64,000 nucleotides of DNA from Octopus sinensis (lineage: Eukaryota). The stretch covers positions 32,922,001-32,986,000 of the forward strand of contig NC_042998.1 in NCBI RefSeq assembly GCF_006345805.1, given 5' to 3'. Below, in pieces: positions 52,066-63,730 of this stretch. How positions within the stretch are numbered: the stretch's first letter is position 1; each line of letters opens with the position of its first letter. The notes beneath the pieces are model-generated. The model worked only from the letters and a program-made list of their open reading frames with translations. It made no database searches and had not been told where the DNA came from. Both the position numbers and the translations under genes were made by a program.

Positions 52066-53064
52066 CTGCAAAGTGTTCAGGTGTATCTTAGCTATGATCT
52101 CAGTAAAAGGAACTGTAATACGTTCCAATATGTTCGCGGTGCAAATGCAGTACACCTTTGATTTCATGAATCACACTAGGAAGATATAGGTCTAGCTTAC
52201 CACCGCATAGCTACAGACTCATGACCTATTCGTCTTTCTAACAACATTTTTATCTAACTAGTTGTGAACTGCGACTGTGAGGTGGTACGTTATCTTGCAT
52301 AACGGCAAGCTATTGGTTTCCATCACGCCGCTCGACTTCTGATCAAAAGAACATATCAAGATATTTTTTAGAGATGAAAGTTTAGTCAAAGAAAAATGGT
52401 AACTGTTCAGTTAACTGGCGCCGCACATTTCACGCGTTCGTTTACCGTGAAAGAGATTCTAAATTAACCAACAAATTCTGAAAGCATAATTATATAACAT
52501 TATAAAATTACAAAGTTATGGAGATTAAATGGTTTGCATATTAATATGAACTTTTGTGAAAATTTTCTGTAAAAATGGCCAACTAACATCAGTGGCCATT
52601 CAGTATTTTAAATATTTTAATAATTTACAGAGTGTGAAATTGTAAGTGCTTTTTAAAGTTTTGTCATATAATATTTTATACTCACTTCCCGTTTGGAACA
52701 AGATTGCTAAAAATTACATTGCTTATTTAACCATATCAACTCGGCAATCAGAAGGAAGTACGCACCAGATCACATCCCAAAAAAATAAGTGAGGAAAACT
52801 TCAAAGGCATTTTAATATGCATTCCTTCACTTCTGATCGCTGAAGCCTTGTTGAATAACATCCAGAATTTTATCAGGTGTTAATGAGTGCAGAATGGTGA
52901 TCGATAACTTTATGTTCAATCTAAAACTGAAATTTTACCGTCGATGTATTAAATGTTACAGATGAAGTAAAATATTCTGCGCGTAAAAGTTAAGAGATTT
53001 TAATAGTAATTGTTTGGCGACACTCTCAACATGATCCATATAGATGTTAGATAATTGAAAGCTA

Positions 53065-53430
53065 CACCAATGCCAGAACGGGACGACACTGCATAGTGCC
53101 AAAGGTTCCAGCAATGCCATCACGCTTCAGGACCAGTTACTGCAACAGCCTGGGTTTCAAGGTCCCACAGCTTTTTAATATTCTCCCAAAGAGTCTGAGG
53201 AACTTGCACAAAGTAGATGTAGGGTTTTTAAATCAAAACTGGACCTCTTCTTGTCGAGAGTCACAGATGAACCTAACTCACGGCAAGAGGTGAAAATGAG
53301 GGTAGCTATATCAAACTCCATGCTTCACCAAGTGCCACATATTAGAGGATGCTCTTAGTAATAACAGTGTAGCAAAACGGCGGTGCATCAGCATGGCCGC
53401 AGCTCTGAGCTGAAACTAGAGAAACAAAAT
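53065..53430 (+). mobile_element. CR1-clade LINE 3' end with 3' UTR
   Basis: RTGRHCIVPKVP..NSLGFKVPQLFNILPKSLRNL..FKSKLDLFL (frameshifted). Confidence 0.8.
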
Positions 53431-54777
53431 CTATATGGAGCATGTCTTTTGCCGTTGTTCCCTATCTCATAAACAATAAATATCCAAACAGGCGTTTGAC
53501 CGTTCTTGGCACCGTTTTGCCTGAAGTGCTCAATTAGAGTTGGCGTTGAAAACTTGTCACTCTATGACCAAATCTTGCTCAAAATTGCATGGCACCGCCT
53601 TCGAAAAAGAAGACTCATTAAGTAATGTTCTCTCAAATATTCTACACATCACTTAAGAAAAAGCAGCATAGGTCCCCAGTAAGAACACCGTTTATCATAG
53701 ATCTGCATAATCAGGGAGGACCTGTTCTAAACAAATTATGACAACAAATTTCCAGCATTTTATATATCAGACAATGATAATTATTTTGACAATAAAGATG
53801 TGAAGGATATAACTTTCAAAAGAATATTTCAACGTAAGTTAGCCTCAGACAAAATTGTTCAGAGGGGTTTTATCGATTAAATGTTTTCTGCATAATAGAG
53901 TTTATTTTATTAAACTGCTAGCAGATTAAAAAAATACGCGCAGAAAAATGTAGTTGCATATAATTTGAATTCAAATTATAAATGATGCAACTGAATGTGG
54001 AAGCTTGTTTTGCCAGTTCGGCCATGGCGATTTGATGTAATACCAGCCATTTGTAGAAGTTGTTTAAGTCAATTGATTCGATCGTCGGTTGATAAATGGT
54101 GCCTAATTTATCGGACTAGTGATAATATGTCAAATTAAAAGTAGGAAAAGTAAGTCTAGAAGTAAAAAGATACAAGTAGAAAAGAAAGCTACCATTTTAG
54201 AATGAAATGTTGTTGTTTTCTCTCAGTGTTAAAAGGGGAAATTGATTTTCTCCCTTATAGATACAGTTATTTTATTTGGCACTAATTTTCTATATTACAA
54301 ATGTAAGTAAAAACAATTATGTACGAGATTTATCTTCCCTTAGAGAACAGTCACTTATTTCTACTCATAGCGTAACTGAGAATTCTTTTATTGACAAAAT
54401 CTGGATGGAATCGACAAAAGAATAACTGCCAGTTTTGTAAATTTTGCAGATCCACCTTCAGCATACAATGAAGCTGTCCGATATTATTGTTGCATTGGTC
54501 TGCGATTTCTATGAAAGAAAATCCAGATCATAACAATATTGAAACAACTACACGGAAATAATAGACATTACTCACAGAGTTGCTTGTTTGGTGCAATGAT
54601 TTTAAGTAATCTTAGATGGTGGCCGTAAAGCAATACAGGGAACGTACGATAAGGTGAGTCCTCGCTTTAATAATTTTATTATATATCTCCTGCAATGAAG
54701 GAAAGAAATGTATGTGAGTTTTGAAAATAAACATCATTAATATACTAAAATAGAGGGTAAACAGATGACCAAAAGTA

Positions 54778-55945
54778 GAGGAGACCGGGTCTAGTTGTTA
54801 CACGGTTAAGTTGTTACAAGCCCATTGTTTCCAACTTCAAGAAATAGGTGGCACTCGGGTCTCAACCACGTGAAGGCCAACTCCATAGCATCATTACTGC
54901 ACATGTGTATTGCACTGGCGGGCTGTCACCAGCAAAGGTATGGCTCAAAAAACGATTTTTTACTCCAAAAGGGAAATTTTGCCTCAAAGTTATTTCCTTA
55001 ACTACGAAAGCACAAGTGGTATTACTGAAGTAGTTAGTGGCTCATTAGGAAGTGTTGGAATTTGCCTTCGATACATGAAGGTGTGTCCTGGATGCCATGA
55101 ATTGCTAGTACTGTGTTCGAGGTAATCCCCAGAAATCCATGGTCGGGGCTAATTGTTACAGTGTATCAACGTACCCCAGGCATGTAACAACTTACCCCTT
55201 CTATTTCAGTTTAACACACCATGCCTAGAAATTACAAAAGGAAGACTACCAGGGGAGATACCCCTCCTGATGTCATGGAAAGAGCTGCCAGAAAAGTTGT
55301 GAATGAAAAGAAATCATTACGGGATGTTGCTGTAAAACAGCGCATGGTAGATGAAATAAACGAACGGAAATCCAAACCAAAAAAGGCAACTGGTACAAAA
55401 AAGGCAACAAAGGGGAAGGGAAAGTCAACTAAAACGGGTAAAGGCAAAGGGGAGTAACCTCGCAGCAAACAAGTCGCCGATTGGAAATGCCTTGTCTGCT
55501 CAGATTGGTATTCCAACTCCCTTCCAAGTGAAGAATGGGTGCAATGCATGATCTGTAAAGACTGAGTACTATTTTACATTTCTCACACCAGTATCACAGT
55601 TAGGATATGAGTTGGTTCAAAGCACAATTAATTAATTAAAATAATACTTCCTAGATGCAAGAAGCATGAGACGTATTCATTTTAAACTTGTTAACATAAT
55701 TCCGAGTTATCAACAGTTGTAACAAAGTACCCGAGTAAGTGTCACAACGTACCCCGCATTCGGAGACAATTGTTACAGCTGACAACACCTCATTAATTAG
55801 AACTTGTCTAATTAATGTTATGTAATTTGTTTTTTGTTGGTGATAGCAATAAATAAAGATGTTTTACTAATTAAATCGGAAAAGAAATTTCAGCTGTGTT
55901 CATTTATGTGGCAAAAAAGATGTAAGAACTAGATCTGGTCTCCCC
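54778..55945 (+). mobile_element. Internally deleted pogo-like DNA transposon (psq-HTH N-terminus, PHD-like C-terminus)
   Basis: TIRs GAGGAGACCGGGTCTAGTTGTTAC / GTAAGAACTAGATCTGGTCTCCCC with TA TSD; MPRNYKRKT..SLRDVA fused to a lysine-rich tail, then CLVCSDWYSNSLPSEEWVQCMIC. Confidence 0.8.
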
Positions 55946-56809
55946 TATAGTTGGTTTGGCACAAGATAGCTTGGTGCCGAAACGTGTGTGTGTGCATCCA
56001 AATATGATTGTATGTATGCATGTAATTTTTTGTGTATGTATATCGGTATGTGTAAGTACATGCGTGTTTATGCGAGTTGGATTTAAAAAGATTACAATTT
56101 TCAAGTTTAGCTTTTTCCTATTTTCTTATAAGACACCATTGCAGTTTGTTCGAATCAGTAAAAATTTCTAAATTCATTTTACCAACATATCAAGATCCTT
56201 TCCGTATCATCAGTCTTTGAAATCAAGTTACCTACTTCGCTGCCTTTTTCACAATAAACTACTTATATTTATGCAAACTTTACCGCTAGTATTTGACCGT
56301 TAGAGTTCAATTTTTGCGATAAAATATGAATATTGCTGCCATAGTCGCCTTTTTTTTTTACGGAGAATTCTATTATGCTATAGATCATTAATAAATATTT
56401 TTCTCTTAATTTTTTTGAGGTTCTTTAGTGTAGTGTGTAATAACTGTAATTCTGACTTGTCGTTTGTGCGCTTTGAAGTATGTCACAAAGGATCATGGGA
56501 ATTTTGTTGCACCGGACTTCAAAAATTATACAAAGGTTAACATCGGGTGGGGTAGATTTCGTGATTTATGTGCTATGAATCTTTGTTGAATTTTAGTTTG
56601 TATATTACTATTAGTGATATTTCCATAGTTGTTCTTCATATTTTTGTTACCTTCTATATAAAGTTATAGCGCTGCCAATTTATATATTCAGTTTTATTTA
56701 GTGCACTGCATTATAATGCGTTGTGGTGGGTCTTTGTTGTAGAATTATGCTCAACTGACGAATAAACGTTATGAGGTGGATTTTCATTCGGCTATATTTG
56801 GGGTTTTTA

Positions 56810-57211
56810 GGCGGCGAGCTGGCGTAAACGTTAGCGCGCCGGGCGTAATGCTTAGCGGTATTTCGTCTGCCGCTACGTTCTGAGTTCAAATTCCGCCGAG
56901 GTCGACTTTGCCTGTCATCCTTTCGGGGTCGATTAAATAAGTACCAGTTAGGCACTGGGGTCGATATAATCGGCTTAATCCGTGTGTCTGTCCTTGTTTG
57001 TCCCCTCTGTGTTTAGCCCCGTGTGGGTAGTAAAGAAATAGGTATTTCGTCCGTCGTTACGTTCTGAGTTCAAATTCCGCCGAGGTCGACTTTGCCTTTC
57101 ATCCTCTTGGGGTCGATAAATAAAGTACCAGTTTCGCACTAGGTCGATGTAATCGACTTAATCCCTTTGTCTCTCCTTGTTTTTCCCCTCTATGTGGGTA
57201 GTAAAGAAATA
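56810..57211 (+). mobile_element. SINE family A head-to-tail dimer
   Basis: Junction 57040/1; TSD TATATTTGGGGT at 56793-56804 and 57212-57223. Confidence 0.9.
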
Positions 57212-57379
57212 TATATTTGGGGTATTTTTGTAATACATGCAATGAATTTGTGCTTGCGTGTGATATATACTGACTTGTATTTTAATAAAACATTTATTTA
57301 TGCTGTTATTTAGTTTTTATATAAGACTTAGAAACATCTTGCTAGTGTAAGTACAGTCAGTTTAAAACTCTGCATACTG

Positions 57380-57950
57380 AGTACCTGTAGGTTTCAGGGA
57401 TCATCACGAGAAAATGCACACCGTTTCCAGTCCTTCCTCTCGAAGGTTTTACAGTGGACCAGTCCCCTCACTGATTTCGATTGACTGGTGTTCGATCGCA
57501 AGCGCATTTCTCCAGCCCAGTTTTGTCATTTCTTGACAGTCATATCGAATGGCTAACCCTCTTAACTGTAGTCTAAATCTCTTTCAAGGTGGCTTTTGCT
57601 TACTGATATTGGATACCAGTTGATAGCAGCCACCGTCTCAGTCTGGCCCCAATAAAATCCATACTTCTACCTTCTACAAGAAAGTGCCTTTTACTCCTCC
57701 TACCAGCATGTATACAATCTTCCAGCACCGTCTCATAACACTCATCTTTCCTGGGCTGCATTCTATATTGTCTTTGTGTGGAACAGTTAATACAACAAGG
57801 TGTATTAATTTACATTTCTCACGCCATATTGCCATATCCGCTTTCTTCCTTGTTGATATCGAAATGTATTAAAACAAGATCTGCTGCTCCCTCCCATACT
57901 CCGTTCCAGTTCTCGTCATTTTTCTTCCGTTTTGTGTAACCATCTTGACC
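57380..57950 (-). pseudogene. Possible decayed RTE-like LINE 3' fragment
   Basis: Higher-GC unique segment with weak RGR..W and L.W-type remnants on -; not alignable with confidence. Confidence 0.25.
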
Positions 57951-58574
57951 TTGATGGACTGTAAGTTAGTATTTGCTGCATCTGTTGTTGTTGTGGGCGG
58001 AGAATTAATCCTGTATCAGGAAACCGTCATTAAGCAATGCTTGTTTTACACGTAACATTTTTTAATATTTAAACCTTCTTTGCTCTTGAGATTCAATGGA
58101 GTGATGCATTAGAAAAAGTAAACACCAGCGATTAATAAAGAACACTTAAAATATCTTTAAAAGTTTAAAATAGTCATGTCTTTAATATAACATTTGTAAA
58201 TGAAAATATCTTGCTTATTTACACACACACACACACACACACATACACACACACACGTCTGTATGTATGTTTCTGTTTATGCAAGAAGCTGCTAAGTGTA
58301 CTGTATAAGTTAAGTTCATGATTCAGCCGATTCCTATTGGATGAAAACTGACGCAGATGACGCGAAACATTGGTTGGAATATTGTTAAGCTGGTGATTTA
58401 CTTCTGATGATTTTATTTTAAGCAACGCCATATTTTTGCATGGTGAACATCTCTCAATAGCTTCATGTTGCATCTGTTTGACGTTAGTAATAAATCAGTT
58501 TGGTAGAATTGCTTAGAAGTAGATAGTGAAAACATACACTACACTCATGAAAGGAATTATGTTCATAACTAAGA

Positions 58575-60106
58575 AAATGTAGCAGAGAACGTTTCGTCTG
58601 ATATACTCTCCACCCTTAATCAGGTGTTTTGGGGAAATTTTGAACTTGGGTTCTCATTCCTAAGGTATTTTTCAATGTTATTATTATTATTATTACTTTT
58701 TTTTCTTCTTCTTTCAAATTTGCTTCCATTTCTTGCCGAGTGTCTTCCCGAATCCTACGGAAAAGAAACTCATAGTATACATTGGTAGGCCATTAAACCA
58801 AACTCAGTAGTTCGTAAATTTTTTTTTTTTTATTGAAGTTAAATTAAAATACATGAGCAGCAACAGTTCTCACATTGACAATGCTCTTCTCAATACGTGT
58901 GATGTACCAGTTAAGACAATCTTTTGCACTTCTTGCAGGGATGGTAAGCCAGGGATCATTCTCATATAATTTTCGGTTCCCTTCTTGATCATTTCTAGTG
59001 CTCCTACGATCACTGGTATTGTAACCGCCTTGAGATGCCACATTTTCTCAATTTCAATGAGTAGGTCTTTATATTTTCTGAGCTTGTCAAACTCTTTCGC
59101 TGAGATATTATGATCACAGGGGATGCTCATGTCGATCAATAAGCAAACTTTATTGTTTTGGTCTTTCACAACAATATCTGGTTTATTGGCCTTGATGGTT
59201 CGGTCTGTATGTACTGGAAAGTCCCACAGAATGGTTACATTTTCTCCTTCAGTTACAGCCTCAGGGTGGTGATTATACCACTTGTCGGCAGTTTTGATAT
59301 TGCAATGCCGACTTATTAGCCAGTGGAGATATTGGCCAACTCTGTCATGTCTTAATTTATACTCCACTGGTGCTAAGACTTTACATCCAGAGATTAGGTG
59401 GTCCACTGTTTCAATCATGTCGTTGCAGAATCGGCATTTTGGGTCTGCTCTATTTTTCATCACATTGGCCTGGTAGTTCCGGGTTAATAGGCTTTGATCT
59501 TGAGCAGCCAGGATGAAACCTTCACTCTCTGCTTTTAGCCCTGAGCTCCGTAGCCACTGATGGGTTTGCTTCTGGTCAACATCAGCTTGTTTGCTGCGGG
59601 TCACATATTTGCCGTGCAGAGGTTTCTCCTTCCACCTATCAGCCAATTGCTCGTGCGCTTTTTTCATTGCCATCATTTTCACCTTCTTTGCAACAATAGT
59701 TGCCGTACTTCCCTCGGGTTGTTCAGTTTGGGTATCCTGCACGAGATCAATAGCAAATTTTTTGCTTTCCTTTATGATAGAATGAAGCTTCTTTCGTCTC
59801 TCGTGATTTTCCACGAGCTTTAGCATCCAGTCATTCGATATTTCAAGATATTTGGCCAGTCCAATTGTGGTTGTTTTGTAAGCTAGTTCAAATTGGATCA
59901 GGCCTCGACCTCCTTGGGCTCTGGGAAGGTAAAGGCGATCTACGTCTGCCTATTATTATTATTATTATTATATTATTATTATTATTTTATTATTATTATT
60001 ATTATTATTATATTATTATTATTATTATTAATCAGGTCACTACCTGGAATCGAACTTGGACTCTTGGGGTTAGTAGTCCGCGCTCTTAACCACTATGACA
60101 TATGTT
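58575..60106 (-). mobile_element. tRNA-headed (TAA)n-linker element with decayed hammerhead tail, split by the R4/Dong insertion
   Basis: Head 60106-60030, TAA 60029-59951, LINE, TAA 58695-58678, tail AACATTGAAAAATACCTTAGGAATGAGAACCC..ACAC-CTGATTA-AGGGTG..CAGAC-GAAACGTT; a homologous uninterrupted head-TAA-tail is at 60228-60400 (+). Confidence 0.7.
58696..59950 (-). mobile_element. 5'-truncated R4/Dong-clade non-LTR retrotransposon (CCHC zinc knuckle + restriction-like endonuclease); ORF 58870-59826
   Basis: ADVDRLYLPRAQGGRGLI, CRFC..ETVDHLISGC..RHD, KPDIVV..LIDMSIP..K..KY; flanked by (TAA)n on both sides. Confidence 0.92.
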
Positions 60107-60270
60107 CTTAACCCCCCAAGATTACGAGTTCGATTCCTATTATTATTATTATTCAAGTCACTACCTGGAATCGAACTTGGAGTCATGAAGTTAGTAGCCC
60201 ACGCTCTTAACCACTATGCCATATGCTCTTAACTCCCAAGATTCCGAGTTCGATTCCAGGCGGTGACCTG

Positions 60271-60310
<40 letters not shown>

Positions 60311-60400
60311 TTAATAATAATAATAATAATAACATCGAAAATTACCTCTGGAATGAGACCCCAGGTTCGAAATTTTCCCAAGACATTGATGTAGCTGAAA
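60030..60400. repeat. Alternating inverted tRNA-like heads followed by TAA and tail
   Basis: (-)head 60030-60106, (+)partial 60107-60137, (-)head 60151-60227, (+)partial 60228-60273, TAA, tail to about 60400. Confidence 0.8.
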
Positions 60401-61095
60401 AATACGTATTTTAACTCGTTAACGTCAAGGAATTGATTTTAAAATATATTTAAATTTGATATTTTAGTTTCTATTAAATACTAACCCCCATTTAAAAATG
60501 TTCATTTCATGAAAAGAAAAGAAAATAATTTCAATGGCAGAAAATAATGTAGTGTATATGACGTGATATATGGATGAATTTCTTCAGCACAGTAAATCAA
60601 TTTTAAAACTCTAAGCATTCCTGGAATTGGAAAGAACTTTGCTTTACGTTGCCACTAAGAGAGCCATGTTGCTTAGATGTGAACAAAATCTTTGGTGGTA
60701 TTTCGAATAATGTTAAAAGCTGAAAGCAAAAGGACTTATTTTTAAACCCCTTTCGCAGGATATCGTTTTCAATGGAATATTTGGAATGTTTATCTAATCC
60801 ATAAAAATACATGTTTTAACTACCGAGTTTCACAATTGTTTGATACGAAACTTTACTGGGAACAGATTGCTAAAATTATAAAACCGGGAGAGGGCCAAAT
60901 TGAACTACAGCTTGTTTGAAATACTCTCAAAAAGAGGTTCTAATATCAATATTATTTTATAAGCCGAATCTTCGAAGTCACTATCAACCCCGTCTTTGGA
61001 AAAATTATATGTATTCAACATTCTATTTAAAACTCCTAAGTGATTCTTCACTTAACGTTTGACAGTTTTATTTATAACTATATGTAAAATTAAAC

Positions 61096-61131
<36 letters not shown>

Positions 61132-61869
61132 CTGTGTGTAATACATGCTACTTATTCAACGAAAAAGGTAAAGTACATACTTAATATCGAAATTCCTACA
61201 GAGAAGCTTTATCACACATGCATCCGTTTATCTTAACATTTATAACCTTTGTCCGCTTCTTCACTTTGTCAATATAATTTAGAATAGCCATCAGGGGATA
61301 AAAGGAGGCAAAGGTCTTTGCGGAAATGTCAAATGTTATTAGCATGCACCAAAAGGAAAGAGAGGAAGAAAGAAGACTAAAGAGATGTGGGTAATTCAGG
61401 CAAGGAAATGACCAGGGCTACCTAAATCTAATTGAAAATAATGATCCAGAACGATAGATAATTGTTTGTTTTATTGTAAGCAACAGCTACATATTAAGTC
61501 TAAGAAATAGCCTTAAATCAACGATGGGGAAACTTCTAATATCAAATCATTCATGTTTCAACGCTGGTTTAGCCGTTAATTCTGCTTAACTGCTAATTAA
61601 TTGTTAATGTGACTGTTAATTCAATTCCGCGATTCAAGGTTGACTCGGCATTTAAACTATGTTGAAAGTACAGATGGTAATGTTTAAACTCGTATATTTA
61701 AACTTGTATATCCTTTTCGTGGCTCTCATCTCAAACATGTCTGGCAACATCAATAGTTTGTATTTCAGCAGCCATATTTTTATCACCTGCTTTCACTGTT
61801 CTATTGAAGGCAGCTCTGTGTCCTTTGGACATGTGCTAAGCTTTGTTTTGGTGTTGTTATTTTCATTGT

Positions 61870-62596
61870 GTGGAGGCGCAATGGCCCGGTGATTATGGCA
61901 GGGGACTTGCGGTCGTAGGATCGCAGTTTCGATTCCCAGACCGGGCGTTGTGTGTGTTTTTTGAGCGAAAACACCTAAAGCTCTACGAGGCTCTGGCAGA
62001 GACGGGGGTGGCGAACCCTACTATGTTCGTTCACCACAACTTTCTCTCGCTCTTTCTTCTTGTTTCTGTTGTACCTGTATTTCAAAGGACCATCTTTGTC
62101 ACATTCTATGTCACGCTGAATCACCCCGAGAACTACGTTAAGGAGTACACGTGTCTGTGGAGTGCTCAGCCACTTGCACGGTAATTTCACGAGCAAGTTG
62201 TCCCATTGATTGGATCAACTCGAACCCTCGTCGTCGTAACCGACGGAGTGCCGTAGTAATATATACGATCTAGAAAGAAAATAAAGCATGATGATCATGG
62301 CTGTGGGTGTTTATTGAGCGAAAACACCTAAAGTTCCACGAGGCTCTGGCTGGGACGCGGGGTTGGTGGACCTTGCTGTACTCTTCCACCACAACTTTCT
62401 CACGCTCTTTCTTCCTGTTTCTGTTGTACCTGTATTTCAAAGGAGCCACCCATGTCACACTCTGTGTCACGCTGAATCTCCCCGAAACTACATTAAGGGT
62501 ATACGTGTCTATAGAGTGCTCAGCCACTTGCACGTTAATTTCACGAGCAGGCTGTTCCGCTCAACTGAAACGCTCATCGTCGTAACCAACGGAGTC
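61870..62596 (+). mobile_element. Two SINE family C copies (61870-62253 and 5'-truncated 62295-62596)
   Basis: GGAGGCGCAATGGCCCGGTG..GTTTCGATTCCCAGACCGGGCG..GCGAAAACACCTAAAG..GTAACC(G/A)ACGGAG. Confidence 0.85.
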
Positions 62597-62619
62597 TCAC
62601 GATTTTCACTATTCAAAGT

Positions 62620-63730
62620 ACTTTATGTAGAATGTGTGGGTACCTAGTAGTGTTATTTTCTATGTGTATCATATATTCGTATGTCCTGGTGTTTTGGTTA
62701 TGTATTTGTCCGTAAGAATGTTAATCATACCTAATACACCTATTGTAACAGAGACTATTTCTGTTTTTATCTCTATTCCCAGATCTTTGTATTTTGCAAG
62801 TTTCTGCATTTCTTTTAGAGATACATTGTCACCTGTTTGAATTGATACGTCAATTAGAAGGAATTTTTTCCTTGATTTTCTCTGACAACTATATCCGGAG
62901 TATCAACCTTGATCTTTCTATTTGTGTATGGTTGCTTTATCATTTTCTGAGACCTTTTCTGGGATGTGTTCATACTGTTTTTTCTGTCGTCATTCCATAG
63001 TGCTTGACATAGTATTCAGTGTATATAGGTCCCAACTCTGTCATGTTTGTGGATATCTTCTTTCTTAACCAGGACTGGGCAACCAGAGACAATATGATTT
63101 ATTGTTTCTCCCCCATCGCCACATATTCTACAGTAACTTATTGTATTTTTCTTCGTTAAGTGTTTCTGGTAGCTTTTGATGGAGAGGATTTGAGCTTGTG
63201 TTTCAATTAAAAATCCTTCAGTCTCTACTTTGAGTCCTGAACTTCCCAACCATTGCTGGGATTTTCTTTTGTTTATTTCTTTTCCGTTTAGCTTATCCCA
63301 ATATTCGGCATGTAAGGCCATTTCTTGCCATCGTTTTATCCTTTATTTTGTTGTTCCAGTTTTAGTGTAGATTTACAGCTTTTGTTGTTTGCTCTTTTTA
63401 CTCATAATTATCAGGTACTATGACCCTTTGTTTTGTATTTTTCGGCTTCTGTAAAGAGAGAAAATGCTCTCTTGTTTTGCTCTGTCTTGTGACTATTTGT
63501 ACCAGTTTATTTTCGGTTCTGAGTTAGATATTTCTGTAATCCTATGATGGTTATTTTATCGTAGTTTTTTTTTTCCTAGTTTTATAAGATTTCTACCACT
63601 TTCAGTTCGTTTTATATAAAAGCTTTCTGTGTCAGACTTTAGGCGGTGTATTCTAAATTCCTTGATTATTTTTCTTGCTTTTCCTGTCTAGTTTGGTTAG
63701 TTCACTTAGTGTCCAATTCCAGCAGTTGCA
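62620..63730 (-). mobile_element. Second, older R4/Dong-clade LINE fragment
   Basis: WTLSELTKLDRK, QQWLGSSGLKVETEGF, CRICG..ETINHIVSGC..HDRV, TPDIVV..LIDVSI..KYKDL with stops and frameshifts. Confidence 0.85.

Noticed and set aside
54450-54652. Plus-strand coding exon (TTTTGCAG..AAG|GTGAGT; DPPSAYNEAVRYYC)
   Set aside because: Stops in all three frames and no recognisable protein.
58870-59826. 318-aa ORF as a host gene
   Set aside because: Its motifs are those of a non-LTR retrotransposon C-terminus, it is 5'-truncated within the RT-adjacent region, and it is TAA-flanked.
60030-60227. Functional tRNA genes (also the SINE heads elsewhere)
   Set aside because: A and B boxes are present, but acceptor and anticodon stems do not pair fully and the heads run into SINE bodies or TAA tracts.
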